A stretch of 64,000 nucleotides of DNA from the NCBI RefSeq assembly GCF_018977255.1, contig NW_024704749.1, positions 6,634,001 to 6,698,000 of the forward strand. The letters are read 5' to 3'. Shown one piece after another: positions 1 through 12,566 of this stretch. Made by a program: the position numbers and the translations under genes. Origin of the DNA: Callorhinchus milii (taxonomy: Eukaryota). The stretch's first letter is position 1; the number at the start of each line of letters is the position of its first letter. The notes under the pieces were generated by a model that saw only the letters and a list, made by a program, of their open reading frames with translations, was not told the origin of the DNA and did not search any database.

Positions 1-1444
1 TATCTTTGACAATGCAGTGCTCCTTCAAGCCCTGCAATGTCAGTCTACCATAAGATCAAAGTCCCTGATATGATGGACTCGTCAAAGGAACTTAGATGAA
101 GGAAAAGTAGGCAGAGACCTGTAGCAACTCGCTTCAAGCCACTGAGAGAAAACAAAAGGTTCAGTATGTTACCCTACAGCTAAAAAAAAATGGTGTTTAG
201 ACCTTGAAGTGATTCAGACTATAAAAGGACTTTCCTGCCAGAATCCTGAGAGACACAATTCATGCTTTCTTATAACTTTTCAGATGCTCCATGTTCAGAA
301 AGCAACATCACCCTTACAGGCTCTGCGTTTTATTCCACAAAATCACAAGATTAGTTTGGGAGAAAGAATCTGATTTTATCTGCCCCCCCCCCCTCCCCAA
401 CACCCACGCACCCTACCGTCCACCCATAGGAACACAGGAACAGGAGTAGGCCATTCAGCCCGTTGAGTCTGCTCCACCATCCTATAAGATAATGGATGAT
501 CTGCACCTCAACTCCAAATTCAATAATCCATCACAGCATCAAGCTGTTTCTCAGCATCAATCCCTCCGCCTCGCCTGCTCTTTGCCTGTCTTCAGATCGC
601 ACCTCAAGACTTTCCTCTTCAATCATACCTATGGGCACGTCCCCTGTTAAACGTTCCGAGGTGCAATCCCACGTGAAAGGCGCTGTGCGTAAATGCAAGT
701 TTTGTTTGCTACAATGAGTCCAATGTCTTGGCCTGAACCACCCTTTCTGGTGACCTCTGTCAATCGTTAATTACCCTCGAGGTAAAGTGAAATTTCCTCC
801 TGCTCTGCAAGACATGGTGTGAATTCTGTTTATATCAATCAGATTATTTTTTGCTATTTCTCAAAATATAACCTCTGCCATAAATCATTCATCGGGTATT
901 TAAAAAGGCTTCGGTTCTTGTGCTGATAAATAGCATAAATGTAAGATTTTGGTGATAAATAAAATATACTCTGTGGCACTGGAATCCTTTTCATGTTGAA
1001 GAAAAACATCCCCTCATCTCTCCTTTTCTTCCCGTACAACACCCCCCCCACAACTTCCTCTCTTTCCGTCTCTCTCTGCTCTCCCTCCACAAAACACCTG
1101 GGTGTATGGCACATGTGGAAACCCATCACCATGCTTCAGAGTATCCAAACCAAGCTGTGAATTCCATGCACGCCACCTACACATGGAAATGTCTGAGATA
1201 GATTGTTGGAATTGAATGAGTACTCTGGAAGGACCCATCCAAAGTATTAAGCACAGGTTGGCAAGAGCCAAGGCTTGGGGAGCCCAGAGTGTGCATAACT
1301 GCTGGAGTCTAACCAGTTAAAACCGCATAGCGACACACACAAAGTGTGAATGAACATTCAGTACTAAACCCTTTTCAGTTCATTTCTAAACGGTTAAACC
1401 CTGAACAAATTGGTTGGTTCATTGGTTGGTTAGTTAGTTAGTGA

Positions 1445-1668
1445 ATGCAGTCCCCCAGTCCCTCCACCTCGCCCCCTCCGTTGCCTCCTTCAAGACCCGT
1501 CGCAAGACCCTACTCTTCAACTATGCCTTCGCTCACCCTCCTTCCCTCCCCTGCTCTCCATCCTCCCCAATCCCGACCCACAGCTCGGGTCCGAAACACT
1601 GGTTGTCCATCGCCTTTGGACATCCTCCCCACGTGAAAGGCGCTATAGAAATGTCATTCTGTTGTTGT
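1445..1668 (+). mobile_element. L2 3' end fragment
   Basis: Matches the 3' end of the 19.3-21.3 kb L2 (CAGCTCGGGTCCGAAA...CGTGAAAGGCGCTATA..TGTTGTTG); similar pieces near 540-715, 26270-26380, 30255-30430 and 37625-37800. Confidence 0.8.
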
Positions 1669-3080
1669 AGATAGTTAGTGTAGAAATTAATCTAAATCAG
1701 TCTTAATTCATTGATCAGGGTGCGTTGACTGCCATTTAGACTTCTAACTGACGTCTAACTTGAGCCTTGGCAATGAATTGTATCTTTCTTAGTATTTTAT
1801 CGCCATCGCTGCTAATAATCAGTTTGCAATGTGGCAACTCCCTCAATGGAAGGCAACGGGAATTGGTGAGAGATAAGGTTATGACTTTCTCATGAATTAA
1901 ATAAGGATAGTGCTGGAAATTAGCGAATGGGATTCTCCCACCCAATTAAGTGTCTATTCTGTCTCAGAATCTGTGTGGCATCCTTCCTCCAGTCTAGGGG
2001 GAAACACCTTTAATTTAAAAACTAATAAAATCAGTTTAATTTAAAAACTAACAAAACACACACACACACACACACACTCGAATTAAATTTGGAGGGTGGG
2101 GGGGGGGGAAGGAGGACAATTTCTTTTTTTAAAAAAAATCTTGTTTTATTTTCTTTTTAACATCCCAGGGCTCGGGAGAACGCTTCTAGCAGAAGACACG
2201 ACCAAAGAAAAAGACATCTGTTTTCAATAAGTGATGAAACAACCCCCCCCCCCCCCCCCCACCCCCCCAACCAAAAAAAAAGACAATTTCTGGAGAAATC
2301 AAAAGTCAATAAGAGGGGAGATGGAGCCTGGAGGAGGGAGGGGAGGGGAGGGGGTGGGTGGAGAAGCTTTTAAGAATAAAATGAATCAATTTCAGGCTCA
2401 GAAATAATATTCATTCAATATTGCAATTTGCCCCCCAAAAAAACTTCCTGATTTTACCCATAGAGATGTTTTTTTTATTTGTGTGTGTGTCTGTGTGTGT
2501 GTGTGTGTGTGGTGGTGGAATGCAGTATTCCAATTAAATTCATTTTTGCTCAAAAGAAAACTTCCCAAGAAAAATACAATTCATTTTTTTTTGCCTAAAA
2601 CAAAATATCTTCCAAACACACACACACACACACACACACAGATCCGTCCATATCGATTCTTTGCTCTGCAAATGCGCAAACTGCTCACGAACAGCCCCCG
2701 AACACCGTCTCCATCTATTTATCTATCGTATGAGGGGGAATCTCTCAACCTGTCGTGTCCATTTCCCCCTTTGTCGNNNNNNNNNNNNNNNNNNNNNNNN
2801 NNNNNNNNNNNNNNNNNNNNNNNNNNNNNNNNNNNNNNNNNNNNNNNNNNNNNNNNNNNNNNNNNNNNNNNNNNNNNNNNNNNNNNNNNNNNNNNNNNNN
2901 NNNNNNNNNNNNNNNNNNNNNNNNNNNNNNNNNNNNNNNNNNGCCANNNNNNNNNNNNNNNNNNNNNNNNNNNNNNNNNNNNNNNNNNNNNNNNNNNNNN
3001 NNNNNNNNNNNNNNNNNNNNNNNNNNNNNNNNNNNNNNNNNNNNNNNNNNNNNNNNNNNNNNNNNNNNNNNNNNNNNNNN

Positions 3081-3400
3081 TACAAACATACAAAACATCC
3101 ACACACAATACAAACACAAACACACTCATACAAACATACATGATACACACACTACACACATACAAAACATACACACACAATGCACACACACACAAACACA
3201 CTATACAAACATACAAAACATACACACACAATGCACACACACACAAACACACTATACAAACATACAAAACATACACACACACACACAATGCACACATACA
3301 AAACATCCACACACAATGCACACACACACACACACAATACACACATACAAAACATCCACACACAATACAAACACAAACACACTCATACAAACATACAAAA
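3081..3400. repeat. CA/TA-rich minisatellite next to assembly gaps
   Basis: Recurring TACAAACATACAAAACAT(AC)n units; N gaps at 2777-3080 and 3558-3797. Confidence 0.85.
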
Positions 3401-4349
3401 ATAAAATGCCAGTTCACTTGAACGGGATGTTCAATTGCTATTCTTGATGGGATTTGGAGGTTAGTGGGACCCCATATGAATTAAGTAATGTTTGGGGAAT
3501 AGTCAAAACTGTGCTCCCCCCACTCTCTCTCTGAAGATAGTCGCTCTGAACACACCGNNNNNNNNNNNNNNNNNNNNNNNNNNNNNNNNNNNNNNNNNNN
3601 NNNNNNNNNNNNNNNNNNNNNNNNNNNNNNNNNNNNNNNNNNNNNNNNNNNNNNNNNNNNNNNNNNNNNNNNNNNNNNNNNNNNNNNNNNNNNNNNNNNN
3701 NNNNNNNNNNNNNNNNNNNNNNNNNNNNNNNNNNNNNNNNNNNNNNNNNNNNNNNNNNNNNNNNNNNNNNNNNNNNNNNNNNNNNNNNNNNNNNNNNCGA
3801 TGTTATTGCCTCACTCTCTTCAGTTACGACGAGTAAAACATTCCACATTTGCACATCTAAGTCAGTATTTATTGATAAAATATCTGCATGGTTCTCCAAC
3901 TCTCTTTTATTCCCCCATCCCCCACAGATCAACTCCCACTAAATCTAATCTGTGTTAACAACCAGCCTCGCCTCCCTTTGAGCAGAAAATCCATTTAACA
4001 CACACACCAAATTAATTAAGAGGGGTAAAAAAAAAATCTCTATCGAGCAAAAAAAAAATCATCCAAATGATGCAAAGACATAATCGAGTGGGCGATCGCT
4101 TCAAGGGAGACAAGGAGTGTGTGTGTGTGTCTGTGTGTGTTTGCATGTGGAGGGGAGTGAAAGTAGTTGAGTGTAACACGTATTTAAATTGCATTTCAAC
4201 TGGGTTATCGAGTCGCTTAGAAGAGCAAATGAGTGACTCTCTGAGTGAGTGACTGATTGACTGACTGACTTGACTGAGAGCCATGTGTCAGAGACAGAGA
4301 GACAGAACGAGAGAAAGGAGATAGACAGAGAAAGGAGAGGGTGTGTGAG

Positions 4350-4388
<39 letters not shown>

Positions 4389-4677
4389 ACACACAAGGAG
4401 GAGAAAGAGACACGAAACAGTTCATTTTCCATTCTCAAATCACGGGGAGATGAGTGGAATCTTCGAGTGGATGTCTCCCACAGAAATCACGCTGTGCAGT
4501 GGTTCTTGTGTGGCTAAAGGAGTGCTGGTTTCAGAGGAGATGGCATAGACCAGGGGAAGCTCAACACAAGACAACACAATACTTGGGGGAACTCACCGTA
4601 TGAAGGAAGGAAGGAAGGAAGAAGGAAGGAAGGAAGAGCAGGGAGGTGAAACGTGCCTGTGACCTAGAGATTATAAC

Positions 4678-4786
4678 ATGCCTATGCACCCAGTGACTGC
4701 CACCTTGATGTACAGAGGGATATACACCATCCCTGACATCCTCACCAACCGAGATCCCATAGATATTCCTGAGGATGAACTGGAAG
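4678..4786 (+). CDS. CABP7: Calcium-binding protein 7 (calneuron-2), coding exon 1/5
   Basis: MPMHPVTATLMYRGIYTIPDILTNRDPIDIPEDELE matches the CABP7 N-terminus; donor G|gtgagt. The five exons total 648 nt = 215 aa + stop. Confidence 0.96.
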
Positions 4787-5129
4787 GTGAGTCAATGTTG
4801 GCTTCTGTTCACAGAAAAATCTTAATCACAGACTTGTGCTACCTGTTAAGTACCAGTGTTTGGGTCTGATGCATGAAAGACCCCCCCCCCCACCCAATCT
4901 TCCAACTCAAAACGCTTCCAACTATTTAACCTGCGTATTTTATTTTATTACCCCACCCACCTCCCCCCCCCATCCCATTAAAGCCCCACTTTTCTGTTGG
5001 GTTTGAATTTTTTTGTAGGGGATGCTTTTGCTGGTGTTGGTTTTGTATTGAGTTTGAAGGCGGAATCGGTGGTTTGATAGAGGGTCTGGGATTTGGGAGG
5101 GCGATACAAGTCATAAAGGGAGTGAATTG

Positions 5130-5410
5130 AATGAGGGAGAGACAGAGATATAAACAGGAGAAATATAGGGAGAGGTGGAGGGTGGGGGGGGAGGTGAATG
5201 TAAGTAAGAGGAGTAAGTACTGTCTAAGAAGGAGCTCAATGGGTACATGGAGGAGGAGAGAGTAGATGGTTAATGGCGAGAGATGGGGGGGATAGAGAGA
5301 GGAGAGGGAAATAGAGGGAGAGGAGGGGGGAAAAGAGAGAGAGAGAGAGAGGGAGAGAGAGGAAAGAGGGAGAGAGAGAGAGAGATGAGAGAAAGAGGGG
5401 AGAGAGAGAG
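5130..5410. repeat. GA-rich low-complexity tract in CABP7 intron 1
   Basis: (GA)n and G-runs. Confidence 0.85.
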
Positions 5411-5989
5411 AATCACAGTGAGTGAAAATCTGTCACAAGTCCACGGTTTGTTCAGTTCAATGCGAGACCCTAATGGTCACGTTGACATGCAGATGGCGTG
5501 GGCGAGGACGAGTTTTGGCGTGACACCTGTGAGATGGATGGCTCCAAGACCAGTTGTCCCTGGTTGGGTTTTAATTGTGGTTTGCACACACGTATCAATG
5601 AACCTGCAAGAGTTGCCTCACCTCCAAGCGCTTCAATGGGGAGGGGGTTGGTGGGTGATGGAGCCTGAGGGAGGACCACAGGTGTGTAATTGTGTCCCAA
5701 GCCATAAAACGCACACACGACCCCCCCCCCCCCATCCACCCCCACCCACCCCTCACGCCCTCTCTCTCTCTCTCTCTCCCTTCCCTCTTTGCAAAAAGAT
5801 CAAAAGCTAAAATAAACCTTTACCTTCAGATCGAGACCGTCTCACAGACCTGAGAACAGGTGTGTGTCCGAAAATGCAACAGTGCTTTTTTTTCTCTCTA
5901 ATTAATATCTCTGATATATTCCACTGTTTTGCGGAACTTTATCATCAATAAAAATCTGCTTTGAATTATTCCCCCCCCCCCCCCCCCCA

Positions 5990-6026
<37 letters not shown>

Positions 6027-6325
6027 GACACACACGCACAAAACGCCCCCCCAAAAAAAGTTCCATCAGATTCGTGTAATGCGCTATTCGCCTTTGTTAT
6101 TCGCTACTCGATGCGTTGCTGTCCACTCACTCACTTGCATTGAGAATTTCTCTTCCTTAAATAGTCTCACAGGTAGGTTTGGAAAGGCGTGAGATTAAGA
6201 GGGCAATAGCCCCCTTACACTGTAATTAATTGTGCAAAAAATAGGAAAGGATTTAGCAGAATTTTCTCCAACTATCCCTTCCCCCCCAAAAAAAAATCTT
6301 AAGTTTGTAATGTCCTTTATATACA

Positions 6326-6546
6326 GAGGTGCCATCCCTTTGGACTAGACGTTAAACCGAGCTCCCATCTGCCTGTTCAGGTGGATGTTAAAGATCCCAG
6401 TGTCCTGGCCGACAATTTCCCAAATAACATTGGTCGCTCACTGCGTGGCTGTTTGTGGGACAAAATACACAGTCAATCCACTTTACAGTGTATCCTGTGA
6501 AGTGCTTTTGAGACATTTCGATGACGTTATAAGGTGCTATATCAAA
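6326..6546 (+). mobile_element. DeuSINE-like fragment
   Basis: GACGTTAAACCGA..CTGCCTGTTCAGGTGGATGTTAAAGATCCC plus core and tail; related copies near 9825-10105, 14740-15030, 21700-22110 and 31660-31830. Confidence 0.75.
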
Positions 6547-6880
6547 TTTTTTTTTGGGGGGGTTAGTCTGACACATCACTGTGCTTTCCAATCCAAACTA
6601 AGAATTCCATGCATCCCACCTACACATGGAAATTCCAGGGATAGATTGTTGGAATGGAATGCGCCCTCTTCCTGGAGGGATGCATCCGGCTTATGTAATT
6701 CCGGATTAGGTGCAGGTTGGCAAGAGGCAAGGCTTGGGGGGGACACCAGAGTGTGCATTGGGGTAACTGCTGGAGTCTAACCAGCCCCAAGCTATGCTTG
6801 CCATTGATATCGGATTATTATTATATACATTATAGTTTCGATGTTTTTTTCATACACTCAAACCTTGTCCCTCCCAATAG

Positions 6881-7024
6881 AGATCCGCAAGGCTTTCAAA
6901 GTCTTTGACCGTGATGGAAATGGGTTTATCTCCAAGCAGGAGCTGGGCATGGCAATGCGATCGCTGGGCTACATGCCCAATGAGGTGGAGCTGGAGGTGA
7001 TCATTCAAAGGCTGGATATGGACG
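6881..7024 (+). CDS. CABP7: CABP7 coding exon 2 (EF-hand 1)
   Basis: aatag|AG; IRKAFKVFDRDGNGFISKQELGMAMRSLGYMPNEVELEVIIQRLDMD; donor G|gtagga. Confidence 0.97.
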
Positions 7025-7929
7025 GTAGGATACAGGCGCGCAAACAACATAGAATTGATATCTAGACTGTATATAACATCCAAACAGACCTCTGGTCACA
7101 ACTAGTGGCTGCAGGCTTTTTACCCCCCGCAAGCCTCAGCCCCTCCTAACCGCTCTCCCTATCGCAACAACTTGCATTTATAGCATCTCGGAGCACTTAA
7201 CAGTGATAGGACTTGATGCCAAGAAACTCCCTTCTCTGTTCCGACAGGGTGGCAGGATCTTTAACGTCCACTTGATCAGCCTAGGGAACCTCAGCCTGAG
7301 GACTGTAGGGTGGGTTTCCTGAGGGATGAGATCAGATGAGCCATATCCATGGGCTATCATCTTAAAACTTTCAGGTGAACCTTAACTTATTAACAGTTTC
7401 ACCAACTGAGTTGAGTTAGCAGTTGACATTTCCTCTGCGTTCAAGGGCTTAATGACCCGATGTCACTTCTGGGCAAGTGTCTGTGTGACGTTCTGTATTT
7501 GGCAATCAAATAAAGTAGGACTCTTTCAACCTGTTTAACTTTCATCGACTTGGAGAAATTAAGGACAATTGTGTTGGTGTTTTTATTGTTCCCAGGCCAG
7601 TTCCCATCTACACTATCTTCATAGTTCATAGGAACTGCAGCCCTCTTCAGACTAAAACACAATCCTATTTATTTTCTCATTCTTTGAGCCTTACCAACAA
7701 AATACCTTAACATGTAAAGCTTTTACTACAGTAATCAGAGTCTAAACAGGTCCTGGTGTGTTCTTGACCCGATAAAGACACCTAGCCTTTATTCCGCTTT
7801 CTTGAAACCAGAGATTTCACCTGATCTCAGCCTCTGAGACCACTTTGGTAGAAAACTGTGAAAATTATTAATACAATGCAACACAGTTCACATTTATGTA
7901 GCCTTTCATGTCAGGAGGATGTCTTAAAG

Positions 7930-8135
7930 GTAATAATCCCAAATTAAAATAAATAGAAATAATAATTTGGTCACTCAATCCACGACTGTTTGTGGAACAC
8001 TGCTATGCGCAATTGGCTGCCAATTCACTTCACAGTATATGCAGTCAATTCACTTCACAGTGTATTTTGTGAAGCATTTGCGATGTCTCAACAACATGGT
8101 ATGGCGCTATATCAAATTCAAGGATTATTATTATC
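7930..8135 (+). mobile_element. SINE, 5'-truncated
   Basis: Core and tail of the same family. Confidence 0.8.
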
Positions 8136-8513
8136 AAGTCTCGGTGGAACTTTACACCACTTGAGGCTAAAACTGAGTGTGTTGCTCAAACTGCTAATCT
8201 AGCTAACATCTGGAAGCTCAGTCACACAGAGGGTAATGCATACCTTATGGCTCAGCTCTCCACAAGACGGTGCCTTTACCAAGCAGGTCACTGACTGGGC
8301 AAATATAAAACTGTGCATTTGTTGAGTCAATTCTAAAAAAATCTGCTGAGGTATTAACACTGACATGCACCCTCTTTCCAGATACTTATCACAAACTATC
8401 ATTCCAAGAATAGGTGACAAAGTATTTGACATTTATAGCACCGTGGGCAAAAAAAAATTGCTTTGAGAAATCTCGATGAATCACCCATAGACTGCAATAT
8501 TTTACCATTTTAT

Positions 8514-8896
8514 AATAATAATCCTTGCATTTGATATAGTGCCTTATCACATCTTCGAGATGTCTCAAAAGTGCTTCCCAGAATTTACTATAAAGTGAAT
8601 TGATTGTATATTTTGTGGACGAAACACGGCAGCCAATTGCACACAGCAGCGTCCCACAAACAGTTGTGGATTGAGTAACCAAATTATTATTTTTTTTAAA
8701 AAAAATTTGGAAGGGATTATTAACCCCATAAAAGTGATCCATCAATCAACTAACAACCGGGTTCCTACTTAATGTTAGGTAAACAGAAGTGTGTGGAGTA
8801 AGGAAATTTGCCTAATGTTTCGCCCTGCTGGGAATCAAACTCAGGTCCTCTTGCTTTCAAAGCAAATGCTCTAACCAATATGCTACAGGACTCCAC
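8514..8896 (-). mobile_element. Same tRNA-derived SINE family, near full length
   Basis: Reverse-complement head GTGGAGTCCTGTAGC, core and (ATT)n tail. Confidence 0.85.
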
Positions 8897-9824
8897 AACT
8901 CCATTTTGTCCCTATTTAACTAAACTCAGAATTAGTTCCATTTAGATCTTAATTCTAAACTCAGAAAAAATTCGATAGAAAAATTCCTGGTTGCATTGCT
9001 GTGTTCGCAGTTCATTACATATCAAAGGGTTCCCAGGGATTTTTTTTACACTATATATTATTTTTGGCTTGGAATATTGCACACTTATTACTGTAATGAC
9101 TTCTTATAGTATGATTGCTTTGCTCTGCGAAACCAGCTTCGCTCTGTGCATGGTTGATTCAGCTTCGGAATCTCATTAGACACTATAAACCGTGGATGAG
9201 CTTAGCAAACATTTCCGCCTGTGTTAATTCAACAAAACCAGACCTGTCTTTGGGTAAGGGCTGACATTGAATATTCCGAACAGCTTTGTAGAATGTGTGA
9301 ACAGCAAGGTTTTGAATCCATCTTCAAAGGTTCCATAAACCCAAATAACAAAGAGTTCTGTTCGGTTTTAAATACTTTATCTTGGGACTGTGTAATTTGA
9401 CCCATTTATCTTGCAAAGGCTGCCTGGCAAAGATGAGTTGAGGCTTCCCAATTGAAGTGAACTGTGTGATCACAGAGTTTTTCTTTAATAAAATCATTAG
9501 TTTCAAACCAATTGCGTCTCTTTCCTTTCTGAAGGATTCTTTTCTGAGGATTTGCACCAGCCCTAGAAAATAGGAGAGCTTCAAGGAAAGTTTTTTTTCA
9601 CGCACAAATTCGCAGGAGAGATACATACCAATTGTTGAATTTAGTCTTAATGTTGAATTCATCTTTTCAGTAGTTCTTAATAGAAACTTACACTGAACTG
9701 TATTTTTAAATTAAGGCTGTATTTAACAAATTGTCACACCCTAGATGGCTATTGATCATCAAACTGTACATTCAGACTGATGTGAATTAATTCCCTGTTA
9801 TTTCATAGACATACATAGATACAT

Positions 9825-10105
9825 CTGTCATCCGTCCTTCGGATGAGATATTGAACCAATTCCCCTTCTTTGCCCTGTTCAGGTGGATGTTAAAGATCCC
9901 ATGGCGCTATTCGAAAAGAGAAGGGAGCTTCTCTCTCCCGGGGTCTGGCCAACAATCCCTCCGCATAAAATTGGTCACTCATTCCACGGCTGTTTGTGGG
10001 ACACTGCAAAATGGACATTCATGCGCATTACAGCAGATGCTGTGAAGTGCTTTGAGACTTATGAAAGATCTGATAAGGTGTAATATCAAATGCAGGGATG
10101 ATTAT
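9825..10105 (+). mobile_element. DeuSINE-like element
   Basis: CAGGTGGATGTTAAAGATCCCATGGCGCTATTCGAAAAGAG plus core and tail. Confidence 0.75.
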
Positions 10106-10639
10106 AATTGTAAGCGAGTGAGCCAAAGTATAATTGAATCAAAACTGGTCAAAGTTGGTTGAACTTTAGGTCTAAAGAAAGGTGGAAATAGGAAAGCGTT
10201 AATTAATATTAGCTTTTAGGATCCATTGCTCAACACGCATTGACCAGGTGACCTCATAAGCAAAGAATTGATTACAAAAAAACATCCTAATTGGTCATTG
10301 ATAATAACACCCATTATTTGCTCATGTAACCAATACAGTTCTCATCGAGCCAATCATCATGCCTCTGATTCACTTACTAGCAATGTCATTAAGTTTAGGT
10401 CCGTAATAAAATGGATCAGAATTTTAACATAACAGTCAATCTGTGGTTAAAAGACCATCTGTGTAGGGAGACAATCTGCTCATAATGAAGATTCAATAAA
10501 CAAGAGATTAGCAAGCAATTCTGATCTGGATCTCCGCTTGTTTGTAGATTCAAACTGAGGAATGAATAAAATACTTTACGTCATGTCAGTGGCTGGAGAC
10601 TGTAGGGGAACAGTGAGAAGATCAATTAGAAAGTTATCC

Positions 10640-10810
10640 CGGTCCCAATTGATTGATTTCTTGTGGATAAAGGGATTAAGGGATATGGGGATAAGGCAGG
10701 TAGATGGAGTTAGAATAGATCAGCCATGATTTTATTGAATGGCGGGGCAGGCAAGAGGGGCTGAATGGCCTACTCCTGCTCCTAATTCTTATGTTCTATG
10801 TTCTTATGTT
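10640..10810 (+). mobile_element. CR1-type LINE 3' end
   Basis: GATCAGCCATGAT..GAATGGCGGGGCAGGC..GGCTGAATGGCCTACTCCTGCTCCTA with TTCTTATG-type tail; related pieces near 425-520 (-), 11380-11570 (FFTQRVIN..LP..VVEA), 26390-26530, 36110-36370 and 39150-39270. Confidence 0.8.
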
Positions 10811-11646
10811 CAATATACATGCTAGCAAAGCAATAACAAGAGGTACTTCAAAACAAATGAGTTTAACCGCATCGTAAATCTGCTCACTAAAGCAACGGTG
10901 AAGCATCCAAGTGATTAAGCTTTAACAATTGGCGTGGAGTGATTTGGGTTCAATTATGCAACTTTATATCCTTGACTGTGCAAAGCCTTGGGGCGTCCTT
11001 CCGATGTGAAAGGAGCTATACAAATGTAATTTGTTGTTGTTGTTTATTCACAGTGCTGGTGAGTTGTATTCTCAGGAGCGGAGGCAGTGGAGCTGGGCGA
11101 AAGCTATCGATTGATAAAGACTTAAAAGATATTGCATGGATGGTGGGGGGGTCGGGGTGGGGGGGGGGTCACAGACATGCCATTAGCAATTGGATTCACC
11201 AATATAATAATAAGTCATCCTCACATTTAATACAGTGGCTTCGGGAGATACCTCACTGTGCTTTGCAGGGATTACTGTAAAGTGTGGTGACCCTGTATTT
11301 TGTTGGCAAATGCGGCAGCCTATTTGAATACAGCAACACCCAGCAAACAGCCATGGAGCGAATGGACAATTTATTTGCAAGAGATTTCCGGGACAGACAC
11401 CAGGAAGTATTTCTTTACGCAGAGGGTAATTAACGACTGCAAACAGGGTTTGTTGCCAGGAAGAGTGGTTGAAGCCAGGACACTGGGACTCGTATATAAA
11501 GCAGCTCAGCTCTGTAGTGAGGGGGAGGTAAAGTGGGCGTTCGGAGAGGATATCAGATGGACCGAAGGAAATTTCTTCATCCAAGCTGATCTCGCTAACT
11601 GTCACTAACATGGAAACAAAGTTAACTTGATGGGTTCTGGTTTCAG

Positions 11647-11759
11647 GTGATGGGCAGGTAGACTTTGAGGAGTTTGTGTCATTACTGGGACCCAGACTTT
11701 CATCAGCCGCCATTCCAGAAAAGTTCCACGGGACTGAATTCGATAACGTGTTCTGGAAG
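11647..11759 (+). CDS. CABP7: CABP7 coding exon 3 (EF-hand 2)
   Basis: ttcag|GT; DGQVDFEEFVSLLGPRLSSAAIPEKFHGTEFDNVFWK; donor AAG|gtaaga. Confidence 0.97.
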
Positions 11760-12119
11760 GTAAGAAGTGGCTTCACAAATGTTGGGGGTGAGGTGGATTA
11801 AACCAAGGTCCAAGCGGTAGAAAGAAATACTCCACCCGCTGTTGAGAACAAGAGTCAAGGTTCGAAACCGCCCCAATTGCTGCTGGAAGATGAAATTCAG
11901 AACAGATCAGAGTCTAACCTGGTCAAGGTGACCTCTCCCTGAACAGAGACAAAAGGTGCTTCTCCGAGTTTGTGTTCTCAGGGGTTGAAGCTTCAGCTGA
12001 GCAGCTGCCATCTGCGGCTCAAGCGTTAATGACAAAAAAAAACTAGCGATAAAAAGAGAAAAAAAATTAACAACATAAAACGAGTCACACTTTATTTCTC
12101 AGAAGATGAAACAAAACTG

Positions 12120-12375
12120 TGCGTGTGTATGTGAGAGTCTATGTTTATGTGAGTCTATGTACGTGTGTATGTGTGTGAGAGAGACTCTGTATGTATGTGT
12201 GAATGTGTGTGAATCTATATGCGTGTGTGAGTGTATGTGCATGTTTGTGTGTGTCTGTGCTTGCGGGGTTTGAATCTACGTGTGTGTGTGTGTGGGTGAG
12301 TCTATGTATGTGGGTGTATGTTGTGCATGTGTGTGTCGGTGCATGTGGATGTGGATGTGTGTGAGACTGTGTGTT
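12120..12375. repeat. TG-rich degenerate microsatellite
   Basis: (TG)n with variants, upstream of CABP7 exon 4. Confidence 0.85.
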
Positions 12376-12412
12376 GGCCAATATTGTCTGATGGCCTCTG
12401 TCTGCCCTGTAG

Positions 12413-12566
12413 TGTGATATGCAGAGAATGACAGTGGAGGAGCTGAAACGACTCCTGTACGAGGCGTTCTGTGAGCACTTGTCGATGAAGGACATTGAGA
12501 ACATCATCATGACCGAAGAGGAAGGCCATGTGGATAATCCAGATGAATGTCCCGTCGACATCGACA
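12413..12566 (+). CDS. CABP7: CABP7 coding exon 4
   Basis: tgtag|TGT; CDMQRMTVEELKRLLYEAFCEHLSMKDIENIIMTEEEGHVDNPDECPVDID; donor A|gtaagt. Confidence 0.97.

Noticed and set aside
1-1000. NF2 3' end expected from synteny
   Set aside because: No NF2 coding sequence recognisable; only repeat fragments and non-coding sequence
2483-3932. Long ORFs of 110-312 aa in several frames
   Set aside because: Artefacts of N gaps (2777-3080, 3558-3797) and CA/TG minisatellite sequence
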